Shown here: positions 51,601 through 60,649 of the stretch, one piece after another
Layout: every line of letters begins with the position of its first letter
Numbering within the stretch: the stretch's first letter is position 1
Virus record (IMG/VR): IMGVR_UViG_3300032007_000023
Location: 1 to 64,000 of that record
From: a virus
Lineage: Duplodnaviria; Caudoviricetes
DNA length: 64,000 nt
Strand: one strand, 5' to 3'
Program-made: the position numbers and the translations under genes
The notes under the pieces: model-generated
What the model saw: the letters and a program-made list of their open reading frames with translations, nothing else
What the model was told of the DNA's origin: nothing
The model's database searches: none

Positions 51601-52504
51601 ACTTCATTGAATCTGAGTTTGAAGGAAGGATATCAGCATCCATCATTTCCTTAACCTTAGCCATGTACTCGTTGTAGAGTTCCTGTACAGCTTCCTCATT
51701 GATATAAGGCTTGATGATAGAAGAACCCTTTTCACGCTGACCAACCTGAACGTTAGCAGTCTCGATCGCATCAGGACGATTACCGTTGTTCTGATTTACA
51801 AGTGAAGCGTAGAAACGCTCAACTGTCTGATCAGTACGAGTATCGAGTGTAGCGAACATATACTTTACATTCGGAGGTCTACGACTCTGAGATGTAGGAT
51901 TGATAGCATAGTTGAAGTTATCGTATATCTTACCACGACCAGCACCGATTGCAGTCATGAATACACGCTGCTTCCAAACACCATCTGCCTCTTCCTTATT
52001 ATCATCAGCAAAGCCGCGTACAAGTGCAGAGTTAAGACGATCTGTATTCTTGAAGCTTGAGTGAACAATACCAAGAGGAAGTCCGTTATTACCGTTTCCA
52101 GAAGTTGTCTTGAAACGAACATGCATTGTAGAACCGTCCCATCTCCACTGGATGAGGAGACAAGAGAAAGCATAAGTACTTCCATCAGGAGTTACACGCA
52201 TGAACTTTATAGGAGCATCCTGAGAGAGTATAGCATTCGGATATGTAACCGACTGACCATACTTCTTAATATCGCCAGATGAAAGTGATGCCATACCATA
52301 TGCAACATTAAGAATGTCGCTTCTGTTGATAGGAATCATTTCATTATCAGCACCCATAGGAGCACCAGAAACAACAATAGTTGCATACAATGAAGGATCA
52401 TCAGTTACGATAGTAGGTAACTGTCCTGTATACATTGAATTATCAACAATATGGACAACGCTGTGAGGCATTGAATACTTCATACCATATTTTGTTTCAA
52501 GCAT
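48632..52504 (-). CDS. tail sheath protein with large T-rich insertion
   Basis: start moved to ATG 52504 after AAGGAG; C-terminal ENNMRTL...VTFRGLILRVPIIVNV is sheath-like; precedes the tube gene. Confidence 0.75.
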   Translation of the reverse strand: MLETKYGMKYSMPHSVVHIVDNSMYTGQLPTIVTDDPSLYATIVVSGAPMGADNEMIPINRSDILNVAYGMASLSSGDIKKYGQSVTYPNAILSQDAPIKFMRVTPDGSTYAFSCLLIQWRWDGSTMHVRFKTTSGNGNNGLPLGIVHSSFKNTDRLNSALVRGFADDNKEEADGVWKQRVFMTAIGAGRGKIYDNFNYAINPTSQSRRPPNVKYMFATLDTRTDQTVERFYASLVNQNNGNRPDAIETANVQVGQREKGSSIIKPYINEEAVQELYNEYMAKVKEMMDADILPSNSDSMKWVKDVYVTMNVNIFDPIYGRYIYNGDSDVKLPYFQVDMFDLDIPQLDTANRIKVFLGTDESAAEYIEKPDALNAYLDSKTYGVSNPDNPYHVGDLFVTNTATMALTLITTINQYTGAITSIPISQIKTGGTDGTKPILDMFRAYISTEGKTLEKVTAQVSDLINRGKLAPRKKSTRKDGDVTYIEYQPDFILVENKVSVDPVNKLNNFFIAKIAYADKDASTTGTPTIDSDNSVVYTTKKEIYPMLAYPSSKITSFATSETDEFYKTPGTTYINIDTTDTTNCGKVYVNGYKGVEDRTEVVTQTNTPFYVGICPTSFAVTKPIVGTSYDLMLYQDSDDSSSETGFDVTWKINGGASTDTAAAPKSTGPYAVNDIVTLAAYPETSFKVTAVTPIPDTGDKKDMKNVEVAFESSDASSTKIVPGEYATTPYDKYIHVEIVNTETDPEAAPHYEPEFAVNTFYSRSKAYSEGITIENTGTQTEPVYVPPFEENRYYTRTGTDTAGDPYVYTLVKSATGWGDTIKTVYTENGYEYNLITSADGWGTTVTDVYTNGTASGLTIKITESDIAVEINPANADPTMIKRYTIAGTQGSIYRYGMDPTEIPANYYSQNYGVNPNTEMGGIPIENGYAGFFDDDISDIEFKWRYSELLVQAYKGEKDPRINSTTRCPAKYLFDGGTNTIVGQTILPYMVYKPIDIINASTIYTDDEKEAILLNNDLISNIKDFTDIDVKQAMYDLMIRRCYQGIPEDKRPIGPGSGLSLHLDSGVTDANTAMLINQTFSKKFSNPNASWDIGGYVSSADGIAYTYTKALVDNMIGHMKRFTVNKPFTGKYTNIAPDQYISFFPDIDTTDWEERELLYNSGGNAWIMDVNGNLQRKSQRTLYREGDTSDLIQENNMRTLSQLVYLLQNKIDSYLLEYNDDGVLKTLKDDVDNLFTNWVGNLVQALDITFQRDINPLDGGEIVVCYCNVTFRGLILRVPIIVNVQRRTDSE

Positions 52505-52619
52505 ATTAGTCTTCTCCTTTTCTGTAGAATTTAATTGCAATTGAGGGGAATTCTTAGCATGGAGAATCGCGATCCATAATCGGAATCCCGCAATTATTGT
52601 TGTGTTGAAAATAAATGTA

Positions 52620-52642
52620 TTTGGGGGCACAAGGCCCCCAAA
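52620..52642 (-). terminator. hairpin, terminator-like
   Basis: TTTGGGGGC-ACAAG-GCCCCCAAA. Confidence 0.65.
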
Positions 52643-52645
52643 ATA

Positions 52646-53632
52646 TCATCTTTCTTTCAAAGGATAAGACACGAGTAATGTATCTGTTGCAGTGTGAGAC
52701 TCACGATCGATCTTCGCAATCGGAGTATTAGGTTTCGGATAATCAGGAATGATGTCACCGTCAGAAGAGTAAGTAACATACTCAACATCATCATCAGTAT
52801 CACCAACAACGACATATGTTGTGGGTTCCCGATTTTCAAACTTAAGGCTATCATTTACATCAGTAACAAGTGCGTCAACAATTGATGCAGCAGCATCAAC
52901 ATTAGCAGCAGTATACTCAACAGATGTTACAGGAATATCAGATTGTACAGAACCAGAGCTACTACCACCAGGAATATCAAAGATATTATCCATGATAGAT
53001 CTACCTACATCAAATGATGAAACACTACTTCCAGTAGAACCAGTACCAGTACCATTTCCAGAACTATTACCATTCTGAGCCTGTTTGATTTTGATGTCAG
53101 CAATGTTCTTCTTAATGTTAACCTTCTCACGTTCAATACCAGCAAGAGTACTACGTGCAGAATTTATAGCAGCCATTGCATTGATATCTTCTTCAGTCAA
53201 GCCAACCTTTCCTTTCTCAGTAAGAGATTCAACAAGTTTTCTTTCAAACATCTTAAGCATCTTAGCCTGGTCGGCTTCAATAGCTCTAAGGCCATTAACT
53301 TCAGAAGAAAAAATCTTATTTGGATCGATCTTAGCTTCATTACCAGGAACACGATATGATTCATCGATATACTGAAGAATGTTTGATGTACCACCCCAGT
53401 TGTTACAAGAATATGGAGAAATGAAACCATCCATATTATATAATACAGGTCTGGTTTTAAATCCATTAAATGCTTCTTCCCAACTCAGTGGTCTTGGATT
53501 CTCTTGAAATGTGGGTTGATATTGAGATGATATAGGACCGGAAAATGATTCCGAAGGAATAGACTGTTCATCATAAGGATTAGATCTAGATCCTAACATA
53601 CTGAACATTGAACTATAATCCATACTCAACAT
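52646..53632 (-). CDS. hypothetical protein with coiled coil and S/G-rich linker
   Basis: 328 aa; AAAGGAG SD. Confidence 0.75.
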   Translation of the reverse strand: MLSMDYSSMFSMLGSRSNPYDEQSIPSESFSGPISSQYQPTFQENPRPLSWEEAFNGFKTRPVLYNMDGFISPYSCNNWGGTSNILQYIDESYRVPGNEAKIDPNKIFSSEVNGLRAIEADQAKMLKMFERKLVESLTEKGKVGLTEEDINAMAAINSARSTLAGIEREKVNIKKNIADIKIKQAQNGNSSGNGTGTGSTGSSVSSFDVGRSIMDNIFDIPGGSSSGSVQSDIPVTSVEYTAANVDAAASIVDALVTDVNDSLKFENREPTTYVVVGDTDDDVEYVTYSSDGDIIPDYPKPNTPIAKIDRESHTATDTLLVSYPLKER

Positions 53633-53745
53633 ATCTCCTTTCTAATTATAATAGTACTAATCGGTTCTTGATTTTCCTTATTATTTATTATCATATAATA
53701 AACAGACTCCCGTCTGTTTAAAGACATATATTTCAAGATTAAAAA

Positions 53746-54282
53746 TTACCATATATCAGAATTCATCCATTTCTGTATACATTCTTCACATTTGATCATC
53801 TGTAACTTACTTGGATGAAATTGATGAATATATATATGACATAATCTATCATGCCACTCTTTATCTGTTTCATCACGATAACCAAATTCAGTTTCTGATA
53901 TACGATAGCTTACCCGTGCTCTTGGATGTGTTTCTTTGAAATCATCAGGCATATACTTTTCAGCAAACTGACGAATCCTTCTTGTAATGGTTTCATTATT
54001 ATTGATGCACTTATGATCTTCATTAGTAATCATTTCAAGAATACATCTACCATTGAGAGAAAGTGTTTGCTGGATATGTATAAGTAAATCATAATCATTG
54101 ATATTGTTGATACGATGTCCATTTGTAGTACCAACAATATGTTTTAACTTTTCAACATCAGTATGTCTTTTTCTTCTCAAGATATATGGTACTTCTTCTT
54201 TACTTTGATCAAGCATAAGTTGTGTCATAAATGCATCTCCTGAGATACTGTCTTTACCATCCTCGGTAACAAATTTTGCCAC
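53746..54282 (-). CDS. hypothetical protein
   Basis: GTG start after AGGAG; 178 aa. Confidence 0.7.
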   Translation of the reverse strand: MAKFVTEDGKDSISGDAFMTQLMLDQSKEEVPYILRRKRHTDVEKLKHIVGTTNGHRINNINDYDLLIHIQQTLSLNGRCILEMITNEDHKCINNNETITRRIRQFAEKYMPDDFKETHPRARVSYRISETEFGYRDETDKEWHDRLCHIYIHQFHPSKLQMIKCEECIQKWMNSDIW

Positions 54283-54318
54283 TGGAAATCATCTCCTAAC
54301 TAATCGACTAAATTAAAC

Positions 54319-55827
54319 TCATTCATTCCTTTTAGTCAGTGCATAAAGACCATTCAAGCATTCAATCTCGATAACATAAACAGAGTCACATTCAGCCTTA
54401 ATATTGTATATCTTTGAATACATGAGTTCTTCGGCACGTTTATTTGCTTCATCACTCCACAGACCGATACTCTTAACAGTATCACCATCATAGTCTGCTC
54501 CGAGTGCTTTAAGACGAGAGTTACTCATGTTTATAGTTTCAATAAATGAAGTAGCTACTCTGTTATGAGGTCTTTCGATATCTATGACTGGATAATATTC
54601 CATGGTCTCACCACGGAATTGAATTGCTGTTGTTTCCAGTGTAGAAAGGATATGTACTTTGGTGAAGAAGTTACCAAGGTAATCACCTATAGGATATCGA
54701 ACAGTATAAACCATTCTACCAGCATCCTCAATTGCCACCTTGCAGCATAGATAAATTACATCGGTTAATGTAACAGGTCTTGTTACGGTTTGATTCTTCT
54801 TGATATCAAGATACTCCATTTGCATTGGTATTGTATTCTCGGCATCAAGATACATAATACGGAAACGAGATCCAGGGTTTTCCATATAGATATTACAAAG
54901 ATCCTCGATCATCTTGTTATCGTAGATATTATTCAATACACCTGGTTTTACTTCTTCCTTATTAGGATGAATATCCTGAATATTTGAATAAGAGAAGAAC
55001 TGTTTCATTTGGAATAAAACCAAAGGTCTAAATAATGTTGCACATGTATGAAGAGGATAACCTGTTCTAAAGATACCAACCGCAGGATGTTCGTTATTAT
55101 AACGAGGAGCCGAGATAACATTTCTCGCAGTGAAGGTTGTTGTTTTAGCAAGAAGATTCTTTTGGAAGAATCCGTTCTTTGATCCAACATAGTCATGAAT
55201 ATAAGTATAGATATTCATCACAGCATCTTGGAACTTTGCGTATATTTGATATACGTTTGATGTTGTGTGAGCAGTAACACTCTTAAGACCGATGATATGG
55301 GTATAAAGAGAATTCAACTCATTTTTTGTTCTACGACCATTACGCATACCGATTGGTCTGAAGGCAGGTGGTAATACAAGAACCTTATCATTGAATATAA
55401 GTCTCTTTGGTGATTTTGTGAGGATGTCGATATTATCATTTGATCGAGTAGATAAAGTTTTTCTTATATCGATCTGATCCCAGATATTATACAAATCCTT
55501 GAGACCACAATATTGTCCCTCTTTATCTGCTACAAGAACACCATCCTTGAGATTACACTTTGTTTCACCATAAGCCATCTTACGGATGATACCACCAGAT
55601 CTGGCGATTATTGTTTTTGCTACTGATGGATTGAATACATGTACAGGAAGTCTTATGTAGCCACATCTATACTTTTGCTCTTCTGCTGTTTGTCCAAATA
55701 TCTCTTCTGAGAATAAACCTTCTGGATTAAACATGTTCTGAGTTCTGTATATATGCTGGGATTTAACTTCCATCAATTGATTGACCTGGATATATCTATC
55801 GATATCAAACAACTCTTGAATTTTCAT
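54319..55827 (-). CDS. rpoC: phage multisubunit RNA polymerase, beta' N-terminal (catalytic) subunit
   Basis: GLFSEEIFG, GYIRLP, VLPPAFRP, ARNVI, RYP, catalytic ADYDGD. Confidence 0.9.
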   Translation of the reverse strand: MKIQELFDIDRYIQVNQLMEVKSQHIYRTQNMFNPEGLFSEEIFGQTAEEQKYRCGYIRLPVHVFNPSVAKTIIARSGGIIRKMAYGETKCNLKDGVLVADKEGQYCGLKDLYNIWDQIDIRKTLSTRSNDNIDILTKSPKRLIFNDKVLVLPPAFRPIGMRNGRRTKNELNSLYTHIIGLKSVTAHTTSNVYQIYAKFQDAVMNIYTYIHDYVGSKNGFFQKNLLAKTTTFTARNVISAPRYNNEHPAVGIFRTGYPLHTCATLFRPLVLFQMKQFFSYSNIQDIHPNKEEVKPGVLNNIYDNKMIEDLCNIYMENPGSRFRIMYLDAENTIPMQMEYLDIKKNQTVTRPVTLTDVIYLCCKVAIEDAGRMVYTVRYPIGDYLGNFFTKVHILSTLETTAIQFRGETMEYYPVIDIERPHNRVATSFIETINMSNSRLKALGADYDGDTVKSIGLWSDEANKRAEELMYSKIYNIKAECDSVYVIEIECLNGLYALTKRNE

Positions 55828-55896
55828 TATATCATTCCTTTCTGAATAATAAAGATTACCTGGTCGTTTGTAAATGCGAACAAATCAAAAATAATA

Positions 55897-56043
55897 AAAG
55901 AAGTGTGGGGGTATTAACCCCCACAAATAAATACAAACAGTTGGGTCGACGCACTAAAATCGACCCATTCGGAGGATACATTCCATGTCAGTAGAATGCA
56001 TAAAAAATATCACCGGCGAGTGATAAGGTTCATAGATGAACTT
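55897..56043 (-). ncRNA. candidate structured small RNA or leader RNA
   Basis: four hairpins (three with G-U pairs only on the minus strand), then a GC terminator with U-tract; AACA-N6-TA at 56043-56054. Confidence 0.5.
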
Positions 56044-56132
56044 ACGAATTTGTTTTCAAAAGACATATATTATTTTCGTGCTACGGAAGATAACTATCAA
56101 AATAGCAAATAAAACGAAGGAGGAAACTTTTC

Positions 56133-57854
56133 ATGCCAAAGATTAAAGATGATAAATATAATATCATCAAGAATGATGTTGAGAAGATCCAGGCCCGCCC
56201 AACAATGTACATTGCCAATCTTGGAGACTTAGGTGTATTCCATCTTTGTAAAGAATTAGTTGATAATTGCAAAGATGAATGTAGTAATGTTGAATCACCA
56301 GGTGACAAGATTGAAATCACGATGACTGATAAACAGATAACAGTTCGTGATAACGGTAGAGGTATTCCAACAAATATAATCCGAGAGGTATATGAAACAA
56401 TTCAGGCCGGTACAAAAATGACAAGAGCTCATGGTGAAAGTACTGGTGAAAATGGTGTAGGTGGATCAACCTGTGTTCTTGCATTATCATCATATCTCGA
56501 AGTGGTGACAATACGTCCAACCGAAAAATGTAAGATGACTCTTATCTATAAGAACGGCGTTCTATTCGATGAGAAGAAGGAAACTTACACAGGAAATGAA
56601 CATGGTCTCATTGTAACATTCAAGCCTTCAAGAAAGTTACTTGGTGTTGATACAATCCCCACTGAACTCATGAGAACATGGCTTGCTGATGCAGATTATA
56701 CATTACCTAGATCAACTAACATGGTTTATACAATCAATGGTGAGACAACAACAGTTCGTCATAAAGAACTCTTCCAGTTCTTTGAACAGTTCATTCCATT
56801 GGATGCAAGATTATGTAATGATCTCGTGTTCGAATGTTCTGGTCAGCTGAAAGAAGAGTTTGATGAAGAAGTATTCGATAGACATTTCGAAGTATCTGTT
56901 GCAATCACATATTCTGATCCGGATAAATATAAAGGCGATGATGTCCGTCATTCTTGGATGAATATGATTCATACTCCTCAGAATGGTGCTCATGTTGATG
57001 GAATCATCAGAGGTTTCAGTAAAGCGATAACAGAACGAGTTATTCGCAAACAGAAGAAACTTGAGGGTGTTGATATCAAGAGAGATATTCTTGCACACAT
57101 GAATATCGTTGTAAAAGCAGGAACAAACTGTGCACATATGTTTACATCACAAAGCAAACATTCTGTTGACAACAGGGTACTTGGTAAAGCAATTGAAGAA
57201 GCTGCTTATAACGTATTATCAAAGTCCAATGATTCGGTACTGAATGAAATGGCTGAAGTTGTTATCGGTAACCATCGAGCTCGTATCGAAGGTGAAAAGA
57301 TGAGAAACGTTGCATCATCTACAAAGGCTTTGAAGACATGGCAGAAACCTGATTCATATTATCCTTGTGCAACAATCAAAACACCTGAACCAAAAGAGTT
57401 GTTCCTTGTTGAAGGTACCTCTGCTGGTGGTGGTCTTAAAGGTGCGAGAAATGCAAAGTACCAGGCTATCTTGACATTCAGAGGTAAGTCACTTAATGTA
57501 TGGGATCTGTCACTTGATAGAGCTTTACAATCAACACCATGGTTGAATCTCGTAAAGGTTCTTGGATGTGGTATTGGACCAACATTCGATATCAAGAAAC
57601 TCAATTTTGATAAAATCATTATAGCAACTGATGCTGATATTGATGGATATCATATTCGTGTTGGTATATGTGCATTCTTTGTTAAGTTCTTACCCGATAT
57701 TATTAAGGCTGGTAAATTGTATATTGCAGAACCTCCGCTTTATAAACTTGCAAAGGATAAAGACATTTATTATGTTGCATCACAGACAGAATATCTCCAG
57801 ACATGTGTTAATTCTATCGGTGGTATGACACTTGAATTTCCTACAGCAAAATGA
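56133..57854 (+). CDS. gyrB: type IIA topoisomerase B subunit, N-terminal part (GHKL ATPase + Toprim)
   Basis: RPTMYI, ELVDN, DNGRGIP, GENGVG, LVEGTSA, RGK, TDADIDGYHI, PPLY. Confidence 0.92.
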   Translation: MPKIKDDKYNIIKNDVEKIQARPTMYIANLGDLGVFHLCKELVDNCKDECSNVESPGDKIEITMTDKQITVRDNGRGIPTNIIREVYETIQAGTKMTRAHGESTGENGVGGSTCVLALSSYLEVVTIRPTEKCKMTLIYKNGVLFDEKKETYTGNEHGLIVTFKPSRKLLGVDTIPTELMRTWLADADYTLPRSTNMVYTINGETTTVRHKELFQFFEQFIPLDARLCNDLVFECSGQLKEEFDEEVFDRHFEVSVAITYSDPDKYKGDDVRHSWMNMIHTPQNGAHVDGIIRGFSKAITERVIRKQKKLEGVDIKRDILAHMNIVVKAGTNCAHMFTSQSKHSVDNRVLGKAIEEAAYNVLSKSNDSVLNEMAEVVIGNHRARIEGEKMRNVASSTKALKTWQKPDSYYPCATIKTPEPKELFLVEGTSAGGGLKGARNAKYQAILTFRGKSLNVWDLSLDRALQSTPWLNLVKVLGCGIGPTFDIKKLNFDKIIIATDADIDGYHIRVGICAFFVKFLPDIIKAGKLYIAEPPLYKLAKDKDIYYVASQTEYLQTCVNSIGGMTLEFPTAK

Positions 57855-57858
57855 TATA

Positions 57859-57878
57859 TGGGGAGCATATGCTCCCCA
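57859..57878. terminator. perfect palindrome between the two gyrB halves
   Basis: TGGGGAGCATATGCTCCCCA. Confidence 0.65.
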
Positions 57879-57943
57879 ACATATTTATATCGTTTAAATT
57901 TGATACTACTCATTACTATTAATATTGAACGGAGGAATATGAC

Positions 57944-58585
57944 ATGGGTAAAAAAGAAGATGCTAAGGACTTCGTGACAAAAGCATTTGACTATCGTAAC
58001 ATCTTAACCGAGGTAAGTATAAACCGTTCTACCAACGTTTATCTCCTCGAGTACATTGCTTATGGCTTTGCAAAGTACGGCGATACTGTGGAAAGCTTTG
58101 AAGACAATGCTGATGATTGGGTAAGAATGCTTTGTAAAACTTATCCGGAGTTAACCTATAGCAGAAAGTCACATCAGATCAAAGCTGTTATTGATCTCAT
58201 TGATCAACTCGTAGTTGTTGATAATGATTTGATAGAACAGCTTAGATACATTATCGATATTCAGAAGGAATATGGCTTGCTTGTCAAATATGTTGATAAG
58301 AACAAACAGCCTGTACAGACAACTATTCTGAGATACTTCGAATATATTGAAAGATTATATCCTTCTATAAAGGCTCGTTATAAAGGTCTTGGTTCTTCAG
58401 CGGCATCTGTATCAAGAGAAGTTCTTATGGACCCAAAGACAAGAAGACTTCTCCGTGTTACAATGGATGATGCAGAAATAATGAAGACAATGGGTATGCT
58501 TGTTGGTGATGGTAAGGAAAACAAGAATGCTCGTAAAGAAATGCTCATGGGATTCAAGTTTGACATGAGCATGATTGATAACTAA
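57944..58585 (+). CDS. gyrB: type IIA topoisomerase B subunit, C-terminal part
   Basis: RYKGLG, LMDPKTRRLLRV, ARKE; own GGAGG SD. Confidence 0.85.
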   Translation: MGKKEDAKDFVTKAFDYRNILTEVSINRSTNVYLLEYIAYGFAKYGDTVESFEDNADDWVRMLCKTYPELTYSRKSHQIKAVIDLIDQLVVVDNDLIEQLRYIIDIQKEYGLLVKYVDKNKQPVQTTILRYFEYIERLYPSIKARYKGLGSSAASVSREVLMDPKTRRLLRVTMDDAEIMKTMGMLVGDGKENKNARKEMLMGFKFDMSMIDN

Positions 58586-58603
58586 TGTTGGGAGGGATAT
58601 ATC

Positions 58604-60646
58604 ATGATAAACTATAATATCGATACAACCGTGAACGAATCACAATTCCCTGATCTTGCACAGTTAGAAGAAATCACCACCAAGGACCAGATTTTCGAAT
58701 TCCTTGGTGATACGGTTCTCATTAAGAGATATCTTCATGACTATGATTATCTGTATAATCGCGTTGTTGATGTTGCTGCATTGTGTTGGAACAACAGAGA
58801 TGAGAATGGTGAAAAGCTTCAGCACACATTTATCAAGTTCAAGAAAGATATTGATGATAAGATCACATACGAACTTCCTCTCAACAGATTCATGATAAGT
58901 CTTGTGTTCTTAAGAACCGTTGTTGAATACATTGACTATATCGATATCAATGATTATGTCCTTCAAGATTTCCTCTCTAAAAAGGGAAGAGTTAAGATTC
59001 AGGATAAGATCGTTGAAACTCTGACTTCGTATGGTAAAACAATCAGAGAAATTCAGGTTATCATGGCAAGAATGTCTCTCGATCTTAAGGAGCTTCTCTT
59101 AGTATTCTCTGCATCAGATATGCAGATCTTTACTGCTGAGAACTTATTCCTTGATCATTATCGTGATTCTGAAATCATTCGTGATATCAACAATACTGAA
59201 TATCCACCTGATATGCAGACATCCGATATCGTTGAAGCAAACGCCGAGAAGTATAAGATACTCGAAGCTGAGATGCTTAAACGTGGTAATCCATTCTTTG
59301 TTGACAATAAATATACGCCTATCATCAAAGCAAAGCAGATGGAAGAATTGTACATCAACTTCTCTCAGATTCCTGATGGTAAGAATATCGTTCCTGTAAT
59401 CATGAATGGTAATGGATTCCGTGCAGGTTATCACGATATGCCTGTAATGTATGCAGGTGCTATTGCTGCACGTGTTCCTGATATCATGAATGAAGAGTAC
59501 ATGGGATCTGCAGGTTACTTTGCAAGAAACCTTTGGATTCTCACATATGGTACTTTGTCAAAGACTGTATGGGATTGTGGTTCTGTTAATCCGATTGAGA
59601 TCGAGATTGATGAAACAATGCTTGATATGATGGATGGACGTTATTATCAGAATCAGAAGAACGTTGGTTCATATAAGATATTCTCTAAGAATGATAAACA
59701 TCTTCTCGGTAAGAAGTTATGGTTTAGATCTCCTTGTACATGTAATCTTGGTGAGGATTGTTGTCATGTTTGCTATGGTACAAAGGCTCTCAAGGTTGGT
59801 GAACTTGAAGGAGGATTTATCTATACAACTGAACTTCTCACAAAGGATGTTGGACAAAAGATTCTGTCTGCAAAGCATCTTCTTAAGACAAATGCAGAGA
59901 AGGTTGAATTCTCTGATGGATATGAGAAATGGTTCGTTATGGAGAACTCAACACTCATTCCTACTGATGAGAAGAAGTTTGATATTTACCTCAAAGAAGA
60001 TTACCTCGATAATATATCCGAATCTCTTACTGTATATATCGGAAAGGATCTTATTCCTGTAACGATATCAAAGTATGCATCAATACATATTCCCGATTCT
60101 GTTACAGATGCATTCAAAGAGGTTCTTATTGATGATCAAACATATTACAAGGTATCATCTCATAAGGCTCTTGAGGCAGGAATGTTCTGTGACATTATTC
60201 CTGTAAATATTATGATGACTGCTAAGTACATGAATATCATGAAGCTTCTTGAGAATGAGATATCCAAGTTCACAAGAATCGAGGATGCCGTATCAGAGCT
60301 CACACATCTTATTCATGGAATCATCCCGATCCTCTCTGTACATGGTGAGATCATCATTGGTCACCTTGTTCGTTCTGTGGAAAATCGTTTACTTCGTCCT
60401 GATTGGACAAAACCTGATCCGGAATATCAGCTCATGCGTCTTAAGACTGCATTGGCAAATCATGAGTCTGTTACAGTTGCTCTCGCATTTGAGCAGACAC
60501 GTCATCATATCCTTCATCAGATCTTTGATGAGAGAAACGAGATCAATCGTGTTGGTCCTCGTTCATTTGAAGACTATATATTCGGACTTCGTGAAGGTGA
60601 TCAGAAGAGAATAATAAATAACATTGTTCAGAAAGAAGGATGTTAA
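58604..60646 (+). CDS. rpoC: phage multisubunit RNA polymerase, beta' C-terminal subunit
   Basis: SAGYFARNL (bridge helix), DCGS, RSPCTC..CCHVCYG Zn site, QKILSAKH (trigger loop). Confidence 0.85.
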   Translation: MINYNIDTTVNESQFPDLAQLEEITTKDQIFEFLGDTVLIKRYLHDYDYLYNRVVDVAALCWNNRDENGEKLQHTFIKFKKDIDDKITYELPLNRFMISLVFLRTVVEYIDYIDINDYVLQDFLSKKGRVKIQDKIVETLTSYGKTIREIQVIMARMSLDLKELLLVFSASDMQIFTAENLFLDHYRDSEIIRDINNTEYPPDMQTSDIVEANAEKYKILEAEMLKRGNPFFVDNKYTPIIKAKQMEELYINFSQIPDGKNIVPVIMNGNGFRAGYHDMPVMYAGAIAARVPDIMNEEYMGSAGYFARNLWILTYGTLSKTVWDCGSVNPIEIEIDETMLDMMDGRYYQNQKNVGSYKIFSKNDKHLLGKKLWFRSPCTCNLGEDCCHVCYGTKALKVGELEGGFIYTTELLTKDVGQKILSAKHLLKTNAEKVEFSDGYEKWFVMENSTLIPTDEKKFDIYLKEDYLDNISESLTVYIGKDLIPVTISKYASIHIPDSVTDAFKEVLIDDQTYYKVSSHKALEAGMFCDIIPVNIMMTAKYMNIMKLLENEISKFTRIEDAVSELTHLIHGIIPILSVHGEIIIGHLVRSVENRLLRPDWTKPDPEYQLMRLKTALANHESVTVALAFEQTRHHILHQIFDERNEINRVGPRSFEDYIFGLREGDQKRIINNIVQKEGC

Positions 60647-60649
60647 ACA

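Noticed and set aside
55971-56023. Plus-strand GGAGG plus 12-aa ORF (MSVECIKNITGE)
   Set aside because: Lies upstream of the gyrB promoter motif, and G-U asymmetry plus terminator polarity favour a minus-strand RNA; kept only as an alternative
57855-57943. T4 gene-60-like ribosomal bypass or intron in gyrB
   Set aside because: Downstream half has its own SD and ATG; the gap is too short for a self-splicing intron; matching AAA codons alone are weak evidence
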